Part shown: one piece after another, positions 36,857 to 48,668 of the stretch
Position numbering within the stretch: the first letter of the stretch is position 1
Layout: every line of letters starts with the position of its first letter
Origin: an uncultured Pseudomonadota bacterium
GTDB taxonomy: Bacteria > Pseudomonadota > Alphaproteobacteria > Rs-D84 > CACZYB01
Length of the DNA stretch: 64,000 bases
Direction of reading: 5' to 3'
Assembly: GCA_902785275.1 (NCBI GenBank)
Contig: CACZYB010000005.1
Span: 2,213-66,212 of the forward strand
Made by a program: the position numbers and the translations under genes
Notes under the pieces: model-generated
Told to the model about the DNA's origin: nothing
The model's input: only the letters and a program-made list of their open reading frames with translations
Databases searched by the model: none

Positions 36857-38938
36857 ATGGCAAGAACAACTGCTCTCGAAAATTATAGAAATATTGGTAT
36901 TATGGCTCACATTGATGCTGGTAAAACTACTACATCAGAGCGTATTTTATTTTATACTGGTAAAACCCACAAAATAGGTGAAGTTCACGAAGGTGCTGCA
37001 ACTATGGACTGGATGGAACAAGAACAAGAACGTGGTATTACTATTACATCCGCAGCTACAACTTGCTATTGGAAAAATCATAGAATTAACCTTATCGACA
37101 CACCGGGGCACGTTGATTTCACAGTTGAAGTTGAAAGATCATTACGTGTTCTTGATGGTGCTGTTGCTGTTTTTGAAGGTGTTGCTGGTGTTCAACCACA
37201 GTCTGAAACAGTTTGGAGACAAGCTGATAAATATGGGGTTCCTCGTATTTGTTTTATTAACAAAATGGATCGTATTGGTGCTAACTATGAATATTGTGTA
37301 GGTACAATTCGTGATAGACTTGGTGCAAACGCTGTATCTCTTTGTTTGGCAATCGGTGCAGAAGCGGACTTTAAAGGTATCGTTGATTTGGTAACAATGA
37401 AGGCTTTGGTATGGCATTCAGAAGATATGGGTGCATCTTACGATATTATGGATATTCCTGCTGAATTAGAAGAAAAAGCAAAAAAAGCTCGTACAGAACT
37501 TCTTGATGCTGTTGTTGAATTTGATGATAAAGCTATGGAAGATTACCTTGAAGGTAAAGAACCAGATGTTGAAACATTGAAAAAATGTATCAGAAAAGGT
37601 ACATTAGCAATGAAGATTTTCCCTGTATTCTGTGGTTCTTCTTTCAAAAACAAAGGTGTTCAGTATTTGTTGGATTGTGTTGTTGATTATCTTCCATCAC
37701 CTGCTGATATTCCAGCTATTAAAGGTGTAAATCCTAAAACAGATGCTGATGATGAAAGACATCCTGATGATAATGCTCCATTCTCAGCATTGGCATTTAA
37801 AATTATGAACGATCCATTTGTTGGTTCTCTTACATTTACTCGTGTTTATTCTGGTAAATTGGAAGCTGGTTCATACGTTTATAACTCAGTAAAAGATAAA
37901 AAGGAACGTATTGGTCGTATGATTTTGATGCATTCAAATAACAGAACTGAAATTAAAGAAGCATATGCTGGTGATATTATTGCTCTTGTTGGTTTAAAAG
38001 ATACAACAACTGGTGATACACTTTGTGAAGAAGCAAAACCAATAATTCTTGAAAAAATGGATTTCCCAGATCCTGTTATTGAAGTTGCTGTTGAACCAAA
38101 GACAAAAGCTGATATTGAAAAAATGGGTATTGCTTTACAGAAATTGGCTGTTGAAGATCCTTCATTTAAAGTTTCAACTGATCAAGAAACAGGTCAAACT
38201 ATTATTAAAGGTATGGGTGAACTTCATCTTGATATTATTGTTGATAGAATGAAAAGAGAGTTCAAAGTTGAAGCAAATATTGGTGCTCCACAAGTTGCAT
38301 ACCGTGAAACAATTTCAAAACCATATACAGTTGAATATACTCATAAGAAACAAACTGGTGGTTCTGGTCAGTTCGCTAAAATTAAAGTTTTACTTGAACC
38401 ATTACAACCAGGCGAAGGTTTCAAGTTTGAGAGTAAAATTGTTGGTGGTAATGTTCCTAAAGAATACGTTCCAGGTGTGGAAAAGGGTTTCGAACTTGCA
38501 AAAGAAACTGGTGTTTTGGCAGGATATCCATGTACAGACTTCAAAGCTACTTTGATTGATGGTGCATATCATGATGTCGATTCTTCTGTTCTTGCTTTCG
38601 AAATTGCTGCTCGTGCTGCATTCCGTGAAGGTATTCCACAGGCTGGTCCAAAGATTATGGAGCCAATCATGAAGGTTGAAATTGTTACACCAGAAGATTA
38701 TATGGGTGATATTATCGGCGATGTTAACTCACGTCGAGGACAAGTTGGAAATATGGATTCTCAAGGTAATGCTCGTATCATTACTGCTATGGTTCCACTT
38801 GCAAATATGTTTGGTTATGTTAATACATTAAGATCTATGTCACAAGGTCGTGCTCAATATACTATGGTATTTGATCACTATGCTGATGTTCCATCTAATG
38901 TTGCTGAAGAGATTCGTGCTAAAGCAGGAACCAAATAA
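36857..38938 (+). CDS. fusA: Elongation factor G
   Basis: [10 protein letters not shown]-domain motifs, 693 aa. Confidence 0.95.
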   Translation: MARTTALENYRNIGIMAHIDAGKTTTSERILFYTGKTHKIGEVHEGAATMDWMEQEQERGITITSAATTCYWKNHRINLIDTPGHVDFTVEVERSLRVLDGAVAVFEGVAGVQPQSETVWRQADKYGVPRICFINKMDRIGANYEYCVGTIRDRLGANAVSLCLAIGAEADFKGIVDLVTMKALVWHSEDMGASYDIMDIPAELEEKAKKARTELLDAVVEFDDKAMEDYLEGKEPDVETLKKCIRKGTLAMKIFPVFCGSSFKNKGVQYLLDCVVDYLPSPADIPAIKGVNPKTDADDERHPDDNAPFSALAFKIMNDPFVGSLTFTRVYSGKLEAGSYVYNSVKDKKERIGRMILMHSNNRTEIKEAYAGDIIALVGLKDTTTGDTLCEEAKPIILEKMDFPDPVIEVAVEPKTKADIEKMGIALQKLAVEDPSFKVSTDQETGQTIIKGMGELHLDIIVDRMKREFKVEANIGAPQVAYRETISKPYTVEYTHKKQTGGSGQFAKIKVLLEPLQPGEGFKFESKIVGGNVPKEYVPGVEKGFELAKETGVLAGYPCTDFKATLIDGAYHDVDSSVLAFEIAARAAFREGIPQAGPKIMEPIMKVEIVTPEDYMGDIIGDVNSRRGQVGNMDSQGNARIITAMVPLANMFGYVNTLRSMSQGRAQYTMVFDHYADVPSNVAEEIRAKAGTK

Positions 38939-39091
38939 TTAACGGGGAATAGGGTCTTGTGTTTGCTCTATTTCCTTTAAATTGATATAAAATTGAATAA
39001 AAGAGAAAAAAATACTTGATTTTTTCTTTTATTTCAATTAGTATCATAAAACACTTTTGTGCTGTTTATAAAGTTAATAAGGAATTAAAAG

Positions 39092-39400
39092 ATGATAAAT
39101 TCTAATATAAGAATTAGGTTAAAAGCCTTTGATAATCAGGTTCTTGATGAATCTGTGCATGAAATTGTAAGTACCGCAAAAAGAACCGGCGCTGAAGTAG
39201 TTGGTCCGATTCCTTTGCCTACAAAAATTGAAAGATTTACTGTAAACCGCTCAACACACGTTAATAAAAAATCACGTGAGCAGTTTGAAATCAGAACTCA
39301 TAAAAGAGTTTTGGATATTATAAATCCAACTCCACAGACTGTTGATGCTTTAATGAACTTAAACTTGTCTGTTGGTGTTGATGTAAAGGTTGAATTGTAA
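39092..39400 (+). CDS. rpsJ: 30S ribosomal protein S10
   Basis: IRIRLKAFD... Confidence 0.95.
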   Translation: MINSNIRIRLKAFDNQVLDESVHEIVSTAKRTGAEVVGPIPLPTKIERFTVNRSTHVNKKSREQFEIRTHKRVLDIINPTPQTVDALMNLNLSVGVDVKVEL

Positions 39401-39411
39401 GGGTGAATATT

Positions 39412-40152
39412 ATGAGAACTGGTTTAATAGCTTATAAAATGGGTATGACCCGTGTATTTGATGAAAATAATAAACATGTTCCTGTTACTGTTCTTAAAAT
39501 CGATAACTGTAAAGTTATTGATGTAAAGACTATGGCTAGAGATGGTTACACTTCTGTTCAACTTGGTGCTGGCGTTAAAAAGGAAAATAAAATTTCTAAA
39601 TCTTTAAAAGGACATCTTGCAAAGTCAGGTGCTCTTTCAAGAGAAATTCGTGAATTCCGTGTATCTGAAGATTGTTTGTTAAATATTGGTGATGAAATTT
39701 TACCTTCACATTTTGTAAAAGGTCAATTTGTTGATGTTGCTGGAAGAACAATCGGTAAAGGATATGCTGGTGGTATGAAAAGATGGAACTTCCGTGGTCT
39801 TGAAGATAGTCATGGTGTTTCTGTTTCACATCGTTCTCTTGGTTCAACAGGTCAGTGTCAAGATCCAGGTCGTGTATTTAAAGGTAAAAAGATGCCTGGA
39901 CATCTTGGTGATGTAAATGTAACAGTTCAAAATCTTGTTGTTGTTGATACAGACGATGAAAACGGATATATTTTAGTTCGTGGTGCTGTTCCGGGTGCAA
40001 CAGGTTCAGTTGTATGTGTTTACGATGCTGTAAAACGTGCTCTTCCTGCAGAAGCTCCTGTTCCTGCAAGCATTAAAAAATCGGCTAAAGTAGAAGCTCC
40101 AGCTGAAGAAAAAGTTGAAACAACTGCTGAAACAGTAGAAGCAAAGGAGTAA
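39412..40152 (+). CDS. rplC: 50S ribosomal protein L3 (with an Ala/Glu-rich C-terminal extension)
   Basis: MRTGLIAYKMGMTRVF. The ATG start has an RBS (the track ORF begins at GTG 39403). Confidence 0.9.
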   Translation: MRTGLIAYKMGMTRVFDENNKHVPVTVLKIDNCKVIDVKTMARDGYTSVQLGAGVKKENKISKSLKGHLAKSGALSREIREFRVSEDCLLNIGDEILPSHFVKGQFVDVAGRTIGKGYAGGMKRWNFRGLEDSHGVSVSHRSLGSTGQCQDPGRVFKGKKMPGHLGDVNVTVQNLVVVDTDDENGYILVRGAVPGATGSVVCVYDAVKRALPAEAPVPASIKKSAKVEAPAEEKVETTAETVEAKE

Positions 40153-40155
40153 GAA

Positions 40156-40779
40156 ATGAAAGTTGATGTTATTACATTAGATAATAAAGTAAAAGAACAA
40201 ATTGAATTATCTCAAGATATTTTTGGTATTGCTCCAAGAAAAGATATATTGTTCCGTGTTGTTAATTGGCAACTTGCAAAAAGACGTGCTGGTACACACT
40301 CTACAAAGGTTATTTCTGAAGTAAGTGGTACAACAAAGAAACCTTTTGCTCAAAAAGGTACAGGTCGTGCAAGACAAGGTTCTTTGCGTTCTCCACAAAT
40401 GCGTGGTGGTGCTACAATTTTTGGACCAGTTGTACGTGATCATGGTTTTTCTTTGCTTAAGAAAGTACGTGCTTTGGGCTTGAAAATGGCTTTGTCTTCA
40501 AAATTAGAAGATAAAAAACTTTTTGTTATTGATACAGAAGCAACTGCTACTTCAAAAACAAAAGATTTAAAAGCTAAACTTGATGCTTTTGGTTGGAAAA
40601 AAGTGTTGTTTGTTGGTGGTGAAACACTTGACAATAACTTTATGCTTGCTTTGAAAAATATCATCAATTCAGATGCTTTGCCTTCACAAGGTGCAAATGT
40701 TTATGATATTTTGAAACATGATACACTTGTTTTAACTAAAGACGCTGTTGAAAACTTAACTAAAAGATTGTCAAAGTAA
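40156..40779 (+). CDS. rplD: 50S ribosomal protein L4
   Basis: Conserved sequence and position. Confidence 0.9.
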   Translation: MKVDVITLDNKVKEQIELSQDIFGIAPRKDILFRVVNWQLAKRRAGTHSTKVISEVSGTTKKPFAQKGTGRARQGSLRSPQMRGGATIFGPVVRDHGFSLLKKVRALGLKMALSSKLEDKKLFVIDTEATATSKTKDLKAKLDAFGWKKVLFVGGETLDNNFMLALKNIINSDALPSQGANVYDILKHDTLVLTKDAVENLTKRLSK

Positions 40780-40790
40780 AGGATTAGAAA

Positions 40791-41111
40791 ATGGTAGATC
40801 AAAAAAAAGATGTAAAATTAACAGAAAAGATGTATGATATACTATTGAAGCCTATCATTACAGAAAAAACAACTTTAGTTGCAGAACAAGGTAAAATTGT
40901 TTTTGGTGTAAGAGATGATGCAACAAAAACTGATATTAAACAAGCAATTGAAAAACTTTACAATGTGAAGGTAAAATCTGTAAATATTACAGTTAAACCT
41001 GGAAAAACAAAAAGATTTAGAGGTGTTCTAGGTTCTACTTCATCTGTAAAAAAGGCTTATGTAACATTAGAAGAAGGTCATAATATTGATATTATGGCTG
41101 GTTTGAAATAA
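40791..41111 (+). CDS. rplW: 50S ribosomal protein L23
   Basis: Conserved sequence and position. Confidence 0.9.
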   Translation: MVDQKKDVKLTEKMYDILLKPIITEKTTLVAEQGKIVFGVRDDATKTDIKQAIEKLYNVKVKSVNITVKPGKTKRFRGVLGSTSSVKKAYVTLEEGHNIDIMAGLK

Positions 41112-41124
41112 AGGATAAACGAAA

Positions 41125-41958
41125 ATGGCTTTGAAATTATTTAATCCAACTACACCTTCCCAAAGATCTTTGACTTTGGTTGATAAGAGTGAACTTTATA
41201 AAGGTAAACCTGTTAAACACCTTACAGAAGGTAAAAGAAAAACAGGTGGAAGAAACAATTTTGGACACGAAACCAATAGAAATATGGGTGGTGGTCACAA
41301 ACAAAGATATAGATTTATCGATTTCAAACGTGCAAAACGTGATGTTGTTGCAACAGTAGAAAGACTTGAATATGATCCAAATAGAACTGCGTTTATTGCT
41401 TTAGTAAAGTATGAAGATGGTGAATTGGCTTATATTCTTGCTCCACAAAGACTTGCTGTTGGCTCAAAAGTTGTTGCTGGTGAAAATGTTGATATTCAAG
41501 TTGGTAATGCTCTTCCATTAAAGAATATTCCAATGGGTACAATTATCCATAATATTGAAACAAAACCTGGTCATGGTGGTCAACTTGCTCGTTCGGCTGG
41601 TTGTTATGGTCAACTTGCTGGTAAAGATGCTGGTTTTGCTCAAATAAAGTTGAATTCTGGTGAATTGAGACTTGTAAGCTGTGAATGTTATGCAAGTATT
41701 GGTGCTGTATCAAATCCAGATCAACGAAATGTAAACCTTGGTAAAGCTGGAAGAAATAGCTGGCTTGGTCGTCGTCCACATGTTCGTGGTACAGCTATGA
41801 ACCCAGTAGATCACCCACATGGTGGTGGTGAAGGTAGAAACTTTGGTAAACATCCGGTTTCACCAACTGGTCAGCCAACTAAGGGTTATAAAACAAGAAC
41901 AAATAAGTTTACTGATAAGTTTATCTTGAAAAGTAGACATTTAAATAAGAAAAAATAA
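41125..41958 (+). CDS. rplB: 50S ribosomal protein L2
   Basis: Conserved sequence and position. Confidence 0.95.
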   Translation: MALKLFNPTTPSQRSLTLVDKSELYKGKPVKHLTEGKRKTGGRNNFGHETNRNMGGGHKQRYRFIDFKRAKRDVVATVERLEYDPNRTAFIALVKYEDGELAYILAPQRLAVGSKVVAGENVDIQVGNALPLKNIPMGTIIHNIETKPGHGGQLARSAGCYGQLAGKDAGFAQIKLNSGELRLVSCECYASIGAVSNPDQRNVNLGKAGRNSWLGRRPHVRGTAMNPVDHPHGGGEGRNFGKHPVSPTGQPTKGYKTRTNKFTDKFILKSRHLNKKK

Positions 41959-41971
41959 GGAGTAAGTTAAA

Positions 41972-42253
41972 TTGACAAGATCTGTTTGGAAAGGTCCATA
42001 TATACATCCATCTCTTCTTAAAAAAGTAGAGTTGGCTAACCAAAATAACGATAGAAAGCCAATTAAAACTTGGTCAAGATCTTCAACAATTTTACCAACT
42101 ATGGTAGGTTTGACTTTTGCAGTTCATAATGGAAGTAAATTTATTCCAGTTTTGGTTGCAGAAGAAATGATTGGTCATAAACTTGGTGAATTTGCATTGA
42201 CAAGAACTTTTAAAGGTCATAAAAAAGAAGCTGATAAGAAAGCTGCAAAGTAA
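41972..42253 (+). CDS. rpsS: 30S ribosomal protein S19
   Basis: Conserved sequence and position. Confidence 0.95.
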   Translation: MTRSVWKGPYIHPSLLKKVELANQNNDRKPIKTWSRSSTILPTMVGLTFAVHNGSKFIPVLVAEEMIGHKLGEFALTRTFKGHKKEADKKAAK

Positions 42254-42264
42254 AGGATTAGAAA

Positions 42265-42690
42265 ATGGTTGAAAAAAGATATGGTATAAAAGATAATGAA
42301 GCTAGAGCTTTTTTAAGAATGGTAAAAGGCTCACCTCAGAAGTTAAATCTTGTTGCTCAATCTATCCGTGGACTTTCTGCTGATAAAGCTATTGAACAAT
42401 TGACTTTCTCTAAAAAGAGAGTTGCTTTAGATGTTAAAAAATTGGTTCTTTCTGCTGTAAGTAATGCTGAACATAACTATAAGCTTGATGTTGATAAACT
42501 TTATGTTAAAGAAGCTTATGTTGGTAAAGCTCTTGTAATGAAAAGATTCCATGCTCGTGCTCGTGGTCGTGGTGCTGCTATTTTGAAACCATTTTCAAAT
42601 ATGACAGTTATCGTTGCTGAATGTATCGCACCAGCAAAAAAAGATGTTAAGAACTCTAAACCTAAAACAGAAAAGAAAGAGGCAAAATAA
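42265..42690 (+). CDS. rplV: 50S ribosomal protein L22
   Basis: Conserved sequence and position. Confidence 0.9.
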   Translation: MVEKRYGIKDNEARAFLRMVKGSPQKLNLVAQSIRGLSADKAIEQLTFSKKRVALDVKKLVLSAVSNAEHNYKLDVDKLYVKEAYVGKALVMKRFHARARGRGAAILKPFSNMTVIVAECIAPAKKDVKNSKPKTEKKEAK

Positions 42691-43377
42691 ATGGGACAAA
42701 AGGTAAATCCAGTAGGTTTAAGATTAAATGTAAACAAGACTTGGGATTCAAGATGGTTTGCAGATAAAAATTATGCATCTCAACTTCTTGAAGATTTAAA
42801 AATCCGTGCTTTTCTTGATAAAGAATTAAAGAAAGCTAGCGTAAGTCGTGTTGTTATTGAAAGAGTTGCTAATAAAGTTAATGTTGTTATCTTCTCTTCT
42901 CAACCTGGTTTAATTATCGGTAAAAAAGGTGCTGATATCGATAATTTGAAAAAGAAAATCAGTAATATGATAAAAGCTGATGTTAATGTTAATATCGTTG
43001 AAGTAAGAAGAGCTGATATTGATGCTGTTATCACAGCAAAATCTATTGCTTCTCAAATCGAAAGACGTATTTCTTTCAAGAAAGCAATGAAAAAAGCTGT
43101 TCAAAATGCTTTACGTAGTGGTGCAAAAGGTATCAGAGTTAGTTGTGCTGGTCGTTTGAATGGTGCTGAAATTGCTCGTGAAGAATGGTATCGTGAAGGT
43201 CGTGTTCCATTGCATACACTTCGTGCTGATATTGATTATGGTTATGCACGTGCAGAAACAACTTATGGTGTTATCGGTGTTCGTGTATGGATTTACCGTG
43301 GTGATGTTGTTGGTAAAGAAGCTCTTGCAACATCAAGAAAAGCAAGTTCAACTGCAAGTGATAAAGCAGCAAACTAA
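42691..43377 (+). CDS. rpsC: 30S ribosomal protein S3
   Basis: KH domain motifs. Confidence 0.95.
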   Translation: MGQKVNPVGLRLNVNKTWDSRWFADKNYASQLLEDLKIRAFLDKELKKASVSRVVIERVANKVNVVIFSSQPGLIIGKKGADIDNLKKKISNMIKADVNVNIVEVRRADIDAVITAKSIASQIERRISFKKAMKKAVQNALRSGAKGIRVSCAGRLNGAEIAREEWYREGRVPLHTLRADIDYGYARAETTYGVIGVRVWIYRGDVVGKEALATSRKASSTASDKAAN

Positions 43378-43403
43378 TATAAAATAAAAAAGGAAAATTA
43401 AAA

Positions 43404-43820
43404 ATGTTAATGCCTAAGAAAACAAAATTTAAGAAAGCTCATAAAGGAAGAATTCATGGCGAATCAAAAGGAGCAACTGAACTCGATTTTGGTTCATACG
43501 GTTTAAAAGCTTTAACACCAGAACGTGTTACAGCAAGACAAATCGAAGCTGCTCGTCGTGCAATGACAAGAGCTATGAAAAGACAAGGTCGTGTTTGGAT
43601 TAGAATTTTCCCAGATGTTCCTGTTTCTTCAAAGCCTGCTGAAGTTCGTATGGGTAAAGGTAAAGGTGCTATCGATCATTGGATAGTTCGTGTAAAACCA
43701 GGCCGTGTTATGTTTGAAGTTGATGGTATCTCCGAGGAATTAGCTAGAGAAGCTCTTTCATTGGCTGCATTCAAACTTCCTGTTAAAACAAAATTTGTAA
43801 CAAGAAAAGAAGTAGAATAG
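43404..43820 (+). CDS. rplP: 50S ribosomal protein L16
   Basis: Conserved sequence and position. Confidence 0.95.
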   Translation: MLMPKKTKFKKAHKGRIHGESKGATELDFGSYGLKALTPERVTARQIEAARRAMTRAMKRQGRVWIRIFPDVPVSSKPAEVRMGKGKGAIDHWIVRVKPGRVMFEVDGISEELAREALSLAAFKLPVKTKFVTRKEVE

Positions 43821-43829
43821 GGTGAAATT

Positions 43830-44045
43830 ATGAAAAGCAAACAAGATATTTTAAAATTTAAAACTGCAAGTAAAGAAGAAGTTTCATCTAAAATTTTGGA
43901 TTTGAAAAAGGAGTTAATGAATCTTCGTTTTCAACACACAACAGGTAGCTTGAAAGATTCATCTTTATTAAGAAAAACTAAAAAAGCAATCGCAACATTA
44001 AAAGGTTTTTTAACTAATAATGTTGATGTAAAAACAAAGAAATAA
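43830..44045 (+). CDS. rpmC: 50S ribosomal protein L29
   Basis: Size and position. Confidence 0.85.
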   Translation: MKSKQDILKFKTASKEEVSSKILDLKKELMNLRFQHTTGSLKDSSLLRKTKKAIATLKGFLTNNVDVKTKK

Positions 44046-44056
44046 GAGGGTTAGAT

Positions 44057-44299
44057 ATGCCAAAAAGAATATTAGAAGGTACTGTTGTAAGCACTAAAAT
44101 GGATAAAACCATTGTAGTAGAGGTTGAAAGAAAATTTATGCACCCTTTATACAAGAAGTTTTTAAGAACAACAAAAAAGTATCATGCTCATAATGAAGAT
44201 GCTTCAATTAAAGTAGGTGATACTGTAAAAATCCGTGAAACAAAACCTATGTCAAAAACTGTTACATGGGAAGTTTACACTGAAACAAACAAAGATTAA
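44057..44299 (+). CDS. rpsQ: 30S ribosomal protein S17
   Basis: Conserved sequence and position. Confidence 0.9.
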   Translation: MPKRILEGTVVSTKMDKTIVVEVERKFMHPLYKKFLRTTKKYHAHNEDASIKVGDTVKIRETKPMSKTVTWEVYTETNKD

Positions 44300-44321
44300 T
44301 AAGGTATAAGGATTAAATAAA

Positions 44322-44690
44322 ATGATACAAATGCAATCTATTCTTGATGCTGCGGATAATAGTGGAGCTAAAAAAATCCAGTGCATAAAAGTGCTTGGTG
44401 GTTCACACATTCGTACTGCAAGTGTTGGTGATATTATTGTTGTTTCTGTAAAAGAAGCAATGCCAAAAGGTAAAGTTCAAAAAGGTAAAGTTTACAAAGC
44501 TGTTATCGTAAGAACTAAAAAAGATATTAAAAGACCTGATGGAAGTGTTATTCGTTTTGATTCTAATGCTGCTGTTCTTATTGGTGCAAACAAAGAACCT
44601 ATCGGAACTCGTATCTTTGGCCCAGTAGCTCGCGAACTTCGCGCAAAAGATTTTATGAAAATTGTATCACTTGCACCAGAAGTGCTATAA
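44322..44690 (+). CDS. rplN: 50S ribosomal protein L14
   Basis: [18 protein letters not shown]... Confidence 0.95.
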   Translation: MIQMQSILDAADNSGAKKIQCIKVLGGSHIRTASVGDIIVVSVKEAMPKGKVQKGKVYKAVIVRTKKDIKRPDGSVIRFDSNAAVLIGANKEPIGTRIFGPVARELRAKDFMKIVSLAPEVL

Positions 44691-44705
44691 ATAAGGAGTT
44701 ATATT

Positions 44706-45023
44706 ATGCCTAAAATGAAAATAAAGAAAAATGATGAAGTTATAGTTCTTACAGGTAAAGATAAAGGTAAAACTGGTAAAGTTATTACTGCCATGCCAAA
44801 AGAACGTAAGGTTATTGTTGCTGGTGTAAACCAAGTTCAAAGACACAGAAAAGCTGATGCTCAAGGAAACAAAGCTGGCATCGTAACAAAAAATTTGCCT
44901 ATCGATGTATCAAATGTTGCAATTGTTGATCCAAAGACTGGAAAAGCAACAAAAGTTGGTGTAAAATTAACATCTGATGGTAAAAAAGTAAGATTCGCTA
45001 AAAAAAGCGGTGAAACATTATAA
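44706..45023 (+). CDS. rplX: 50S ribosomal protein L24
   Basis: KOW motif. Confidence 0.9.
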   Translation: MPKMKIKKNDEVIVLTGKDKGKTGKVITAMPKERKVIVAGVNQVQRHRKADAQGNKAGIVTKNLPIDVSNVAIVDPKTGKATKVGVKLTSDGKKVRFAKKSGETL

Positions 45024-45040
45024 ATTAAAAAGGTTAGAAA

Positions 45041-45583
45041 ATGGCAAGTAGATTAAAAGAATTATATGATACTAAAATCCGTGCTGAACTTAAAAAACAG
45101 CTTGGTTATAAAAATGATATGCAACTTCCAAAGCTCGAAAAAATCGTGCTTAATATGGGTGTTGGTGAAGCTGCTACTGATAAAAAGAAATTGGAGGCTG
45201 CTGTAAAAGATATGACAGCTATTGCTGGTCAAAAGGTTGTTATTACAAAAGCTAAAAAATCTCTTGCAAACTTTAAACTTAAAGAAGGTATGCAAATCGG
45301 TTGTAAAGTAACTTTAAGAAGAGATAGAATGTATGATTTCTTGGATAGACTTATAAATGTTGCTATGCCAAGAATCAGAGATTTCCGTGGTTTGAATGGT
45401 AAATCTTTTGATGGAAAAGGAAACTATGCTTTTGGTATCAAAGAACAAATCATTTTCCCTGAAATCGACTTTGATAAAATCGATAATATTCGTGGTATGG
45501 ATATTATAATTTGTACAACAGCAAACAATGATAAGGATGCAAAAGCATTACTTGCTGCTTTTAACTTCCCATTTTATAACTAG
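45041..45583 (+). CDS. rplE: 50S ribosomal protein L5
   Basis: Conserved sequence and position. Confidence 0.95.
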   Translation: MASRLKELYDTKIRAELKKQLGYKNDMQLPKLEKIVLNMGVGEAATDKKKLEAAVKDMTAIAGQKVVITKAKKSLANFKLKEGMQIGCKVTLRRDRMYDFLDRLINVAMPRIRDFRGLNGKSFDGKGNYAFGIKEQIIFPEIDFDKIDNIRGMDIIICTTANNDKDAKALLAAFNFPFYN

Positions 45584-45598
45584 AAAGGATTTTATATA

Positions 45599-45904
45599 AT
45601 GTCAAAAGTTAGTTTAATCGAAAGAAACAAAAAAAGAATAAGAATGTCAAAGAGTTTAAATAACAAGAGACAAAAACTCCTTGACGTTGCAAGAGATAGA
45701 AATGCTAATCCAGAAGATATTTTTGAAGCAAATCTTAAACTTGCAAAACTTCCAAGAAATTCTGCGGTTGTTCGTGTTAGAAATAGATGCGCTCTAAGTG
45801 GACGTCCTCGTGGATACTATAGAAAATTCGATATTAGCCGTATCGCGCTAAGAGAATTGGCAAGTGAAGGAAAACTTCCTGGCGTAAGAAAATCAAGTTG
45901 GTAA
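45599..45904 (+). CDS. rpsN: 30S ribosomal protein S14
   Basis: 101 aa long form. Confidence 0.9.
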   Translation: MSKVSLIERNKKRIRMSKSLNNKRQKLLDVARDRNANPEDIFEANLKLAKLPRNSAVVRVRNRCALSGRPRGYYRKFDISRIALRELASEGKLPGVRKSSW

Positions 45905-45930
45905 CAAAAAAACTAAAGAAGGATAATAAA

Positions 45931-46329
45931 ATGAGTTTTTCAGATACAATCGGAGATATGATAACAAGAATCAGAAACGGTCAAAAGGCTGGTCTTGCTT
46001 CTGTTAAATGTCCTGCTTCTATTCTTCGTGAAGGGGTATTAGAAGTTCTTAAAAATGAAGGTTATATCAAAGGATATGAAACTTCTGAAATAAGAAAAGG
46101 TGTAAAAGAATTGAGAATTGATCTTAAATATTTCGAAGGTCAAGGTGCAATTAAAGAAATTAAAAGAGTGTCAACACCAGGAAGAAGACATTATTCTAAA
46201 ACTGTTGATATTCCAAAAGTAAAAAATGGACTTGGTATTGCAATACTTTCAACATCTGTAGGTGTTCTTGCTGATTATGAAGCAAGAAAGAGAAATGTTG
46301 GTGGTGAAATATTGTGCTACGTATTCTAA
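45931..46329 (+). CDS. rpsH: 30S ribosomal protein S8
   Basis: MSFSDTIGDMITRIRNG. An AGAAGGA RBS precedes the internal ATG (the track ORF begins at 45898). Confidence 0.9.
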   Translation: MSFSDTIGDMITRIRNGQKAGLASVKCPASILREGVLEVLKNEGYIKGYETSEIRKGVKELRIDLKYFEGQGAIKEIKRVSTPGRRHYSKTVDIPKVKNGLGIAILSTSVGVLADYEARKRNVGGEILCYVF

Positions 46330-46358
46330 TAAAATAAGTAATTAAGAAGGAAATAAAA

Positions 46359-46895
46359 ATGTCAAGAGTTGGAAAACATCCAGTTGAAATAGTTGACGGT
46401 GTATCTGTAGAGATTAAAGAAGGTCAACTTATTGCAAAAGGTAAAGTTGGTGAAGCACGTGTAAAACTTTCTGATCTTGTTGATGTAAAGATCGAAGATA
46501 AAGAAATAAAAGTTTCTCCAAAGAATATTGAAAATGATCAATCTCGCATTATGTGGGGTACAATGCGTGCTCTTATAAACAATGCTGTTGTTGGTGCATC
46601 TGTTGGTTTTTCTAAAACATTGGAATTTAAAGGTGTTGGTTATAAAATCGCATTAAAAGGAACTAAACTTGATATGGTTATTGGTTTCTCTCATAATGTT
46701 GAATATGATTTACCAGCAGAAATCAAAGCGGAAGTTGTTTCTCCTACAGAATTGAAGCTTACATCTGCAAACAAGGAATTACTTGGTTTGGTTGCTTCTG
46801 AAATCCGTTCTTTCCGTGTTCCAGAACCATACAAAGGTAAAGGTATAAGATATTCTGATGAATACGTACGTAGAAAAGAAGGTAAGAAAAAATAA
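46359..46895 (+). CDS. rplF: 50S ribosomal protein L6
   Basis: Conserved sequence and position. Confidence 0.95.
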   Translation: MSRVGKHPVEIVDGVSVEIKEGQLIAKGKVGEARVKLSDLVDVKIEDKEIKVSPKNIENDQSRIMWGTMRALINNAVVGASVGFSKTLEFKGVGYKIALKGTKLDMVIGFSHNVEYDLPAEIKAEVVSPTELKLTSANKELLGLVASEIRSFRVPEPYKGKGIRYSDEYVRRKEGKKK

Positions 46896-46916
46896 TAAAT
46901 AGAAGGGACTCTTAAA

Positions 46917-47276
46917 ATGGATAGATTAAAAAAATTGTCTTTACAAAGAAAAGAAAGAAATAGATGGAATCTAAAGGAAGTTAATAAGTCTGATAGACCA
47001 AGACTTTCTGTTCATCGTACAAATATGCATATTTCAGCTCAAATTATTGATGATTTGAAGGGTGTAACAATTTGTGCATTTTCTACACAAAGTAAAGATT
47101 TTAAAAATGCTAAAACTTCAACTATAGAAGCAGCAGAAATTGTTGGTACAGAAATTGCAAAACTTGCTCTTGCTAAAAATGTAAAAGATGTTGTTTTTGA
47201 TCGTGGTGCTTATTATTATCATGGTCGTGTAAAAGCATTGGCTGATGGCGCAAGAAAAGCTGGACTTAATTTTTAA
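46917..47276 (+). CDS. rplR: 50S ribosomal protein L18
   Basis: Conserved sequence and position. Confidence 0.9.
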   Translation: MDRLKKLSLQRKERNRWNLKEVNKSDRPRLSVHRTNMHISAQIIDDLKGVTICAFSTQSKDFKNAKTSTIEAAEIVGTEIAKLALAKNVKDVVFDRGAYYYHGRVKALADGARKAGLNF

Positions 47277-47299
47277 TTAGAAAAATAGGGAAAATGAAA

Positions 47300-47869
47300 A
47301 TGGTAAATCCTAAAGTTAAAACAAAAGAAAAAGATGAAGGTTTAGTAGATAGACTTATTCATGTAAACCGCGTAACAAAAGTTGTTAAGGGTGGTAAAAA
47401 TTTCTCTCTCGCAGCTATTGTTGTAGTTGGTGATGGTAAAGGTCGTATCGGATACGGTACAGGTAAAGCAAAGGAAGTTCCTGATGCTGTAAGAAAAGCA
47501 ACAGAACAAGCAAAACGTAATATGATTCGTGTTCCTTTAAAAGAAGGAAGAACTATCCATCACGATGTTATTACAAGATATGGTTCTGGTAAGGTTGTTC
47601 TTCGTTCTGCTCCTGCTGGTACTGGTATCATCGCTGGTGGTCCTATGCGTGCAATTTTTGAAGTATTGGGAATTCAAGATATCGTTTCTAAATCTCAAGG
47701 TTCTTCAAATCCACACAATATGTTAAAAGCAACATTCAAAGCTTTCGAAGAACTTTCTTCACCAAAGCTTGTTGCAAATCGTCGTGGTTTAAAAATTGGT
47801 GAAATTGTAGGCCGTCGTGACTTGAAAATCGGTGGTTCTATTGATACTGAAACAACTGAAGCTGAATAG
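47300..47869 (+). CDS. rpsE: 30S ribosomal protein S5
   Basis: Conserved sequence. The start is at the second ATG with proper RBS spacing. Confidence 0.9.
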   Translation: MVNPKVKTKEKDEGLVDRLIHVNRVTKVVKGGKNFSLAAIVVVGDGKGRIGYGTGKAKEVPDAVRKATEQAKRNMIRVPLKEGRTIHHDVITRYGSGKVVLRSAPAGTGIIAGGPMRAIFEVLGIQDIVSKSQGSSNPHNMLKATFKAFEELSSPKLVANRRGLKIGEIVGRRDLKIGGSIDTETTEAE

Positions 47870-47878
47870 GTGGTTTAA

Positions 47879-48067
47879 ATGACAACAAATAAAACTATAA
47901 AAGTAAAACAAATTGCAAGTGGTTGTGGTCATCTTAAAACTCAAATTGCAACTTTAAAGGGTCTTGGCCTTGGTAAAGTTAATAAGGAAAGAGTTTTGGT
48001 TGATACTCCTGAAATCAGAGGTATGATTAATAAAGTATCTCACTTGGTAAAAATAATTGAAGACTAA
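47879..48067 (+). CDS. rpmD: 50S ribosomal protein L30
   Basis: Size and position. Confidence 0.85.
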   Translation: MTTNKTIKVKQIASGCGHLKTQIATLKGLGLGKVNKERVLVDTPEIRGMINKVSHLVKIIED

Positions 48068-48082
48068 TAAGGTAGGGTTAAA

Positions 48083-48637
48083 ATGGAACTAAATACAATT
48101 AGAGATAATAAAGGTGCTAGAAAATCTCTTTTAAGAGTTGGTCGTGGTATTGGCTCTGGTAAGGGTAAAACTTCTGGTCGTGGAAACAAAGGTCAAAAGT
48201 CTCGTTCTGGTGTTGCTATTAAAGGTAAAGGCTTCGAAGGAGGTCAAACACCTATTTACAGAAGACTTCCAAAAAGAGGTTTTAATAATTCAAACTTTAC
48301 AAAAACTTTTGCTATTATCAATCTTGGTGATATCCAAACTTTGATTGATGAAAAGTTGGTTAAAGATACTGTAAATGCTGAAATTTTAAAAGATTTACAC
48401 GTTATTAATGGTGTAAAAGATGGTTTAAAAGTTTTGGCAAAAGGTGAACTTAAATCTGCTATTACAGTAGAAGCTGTTGCTTTCTCAGAAACTGCAAAAT
48501 CTGCAATTGAAAAAGTTGGCGGTAAAGCTGTTTGTGTTGCAAAACCAGAAGCTCCTAAAGCTAAAAAAGTAAAAGCTGAAAAAGCTCCTAAAACAACAAG
48601 AATAGCAAAAAAATTAGCTGCTAAAAAGGCAAAATAA
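48083..48637 (+). CDS. rplO: 50S ribosomal protein L15
   Basis: Conserved sequence and position. Confidence 0.9.
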   Translation: MELNTIRDNKGARKSLLRVGRGIGSGKGKTSGRGNKGQKSRSGVAIKGKGFEGGQTPIYRRLPKRGFNNSNFTKTFAIINLGDIQTLIDEKLVKDTVNAEILKDLHVINGVKDGLKVLAKGELKSAITVEAVAFSETAKSAIEKVGGKAVCVAKPEAPKAKKVKAEKAPKTTRIAKKLAAKKAK

Positions 48638-48668
48638 ATAATAATAAGTGAATAGGTAAGGGGTTACT

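Noticed and set aside
36774-38555. Several ORFs (36774-36977, 36978-37301, 37142-37417, 38049-38252, 38268-38555) overlapping fusA
   Set aside because: These are alternative frames of the highly conserved EF-G gene. Their K/L-rich translations are frame artefacts.
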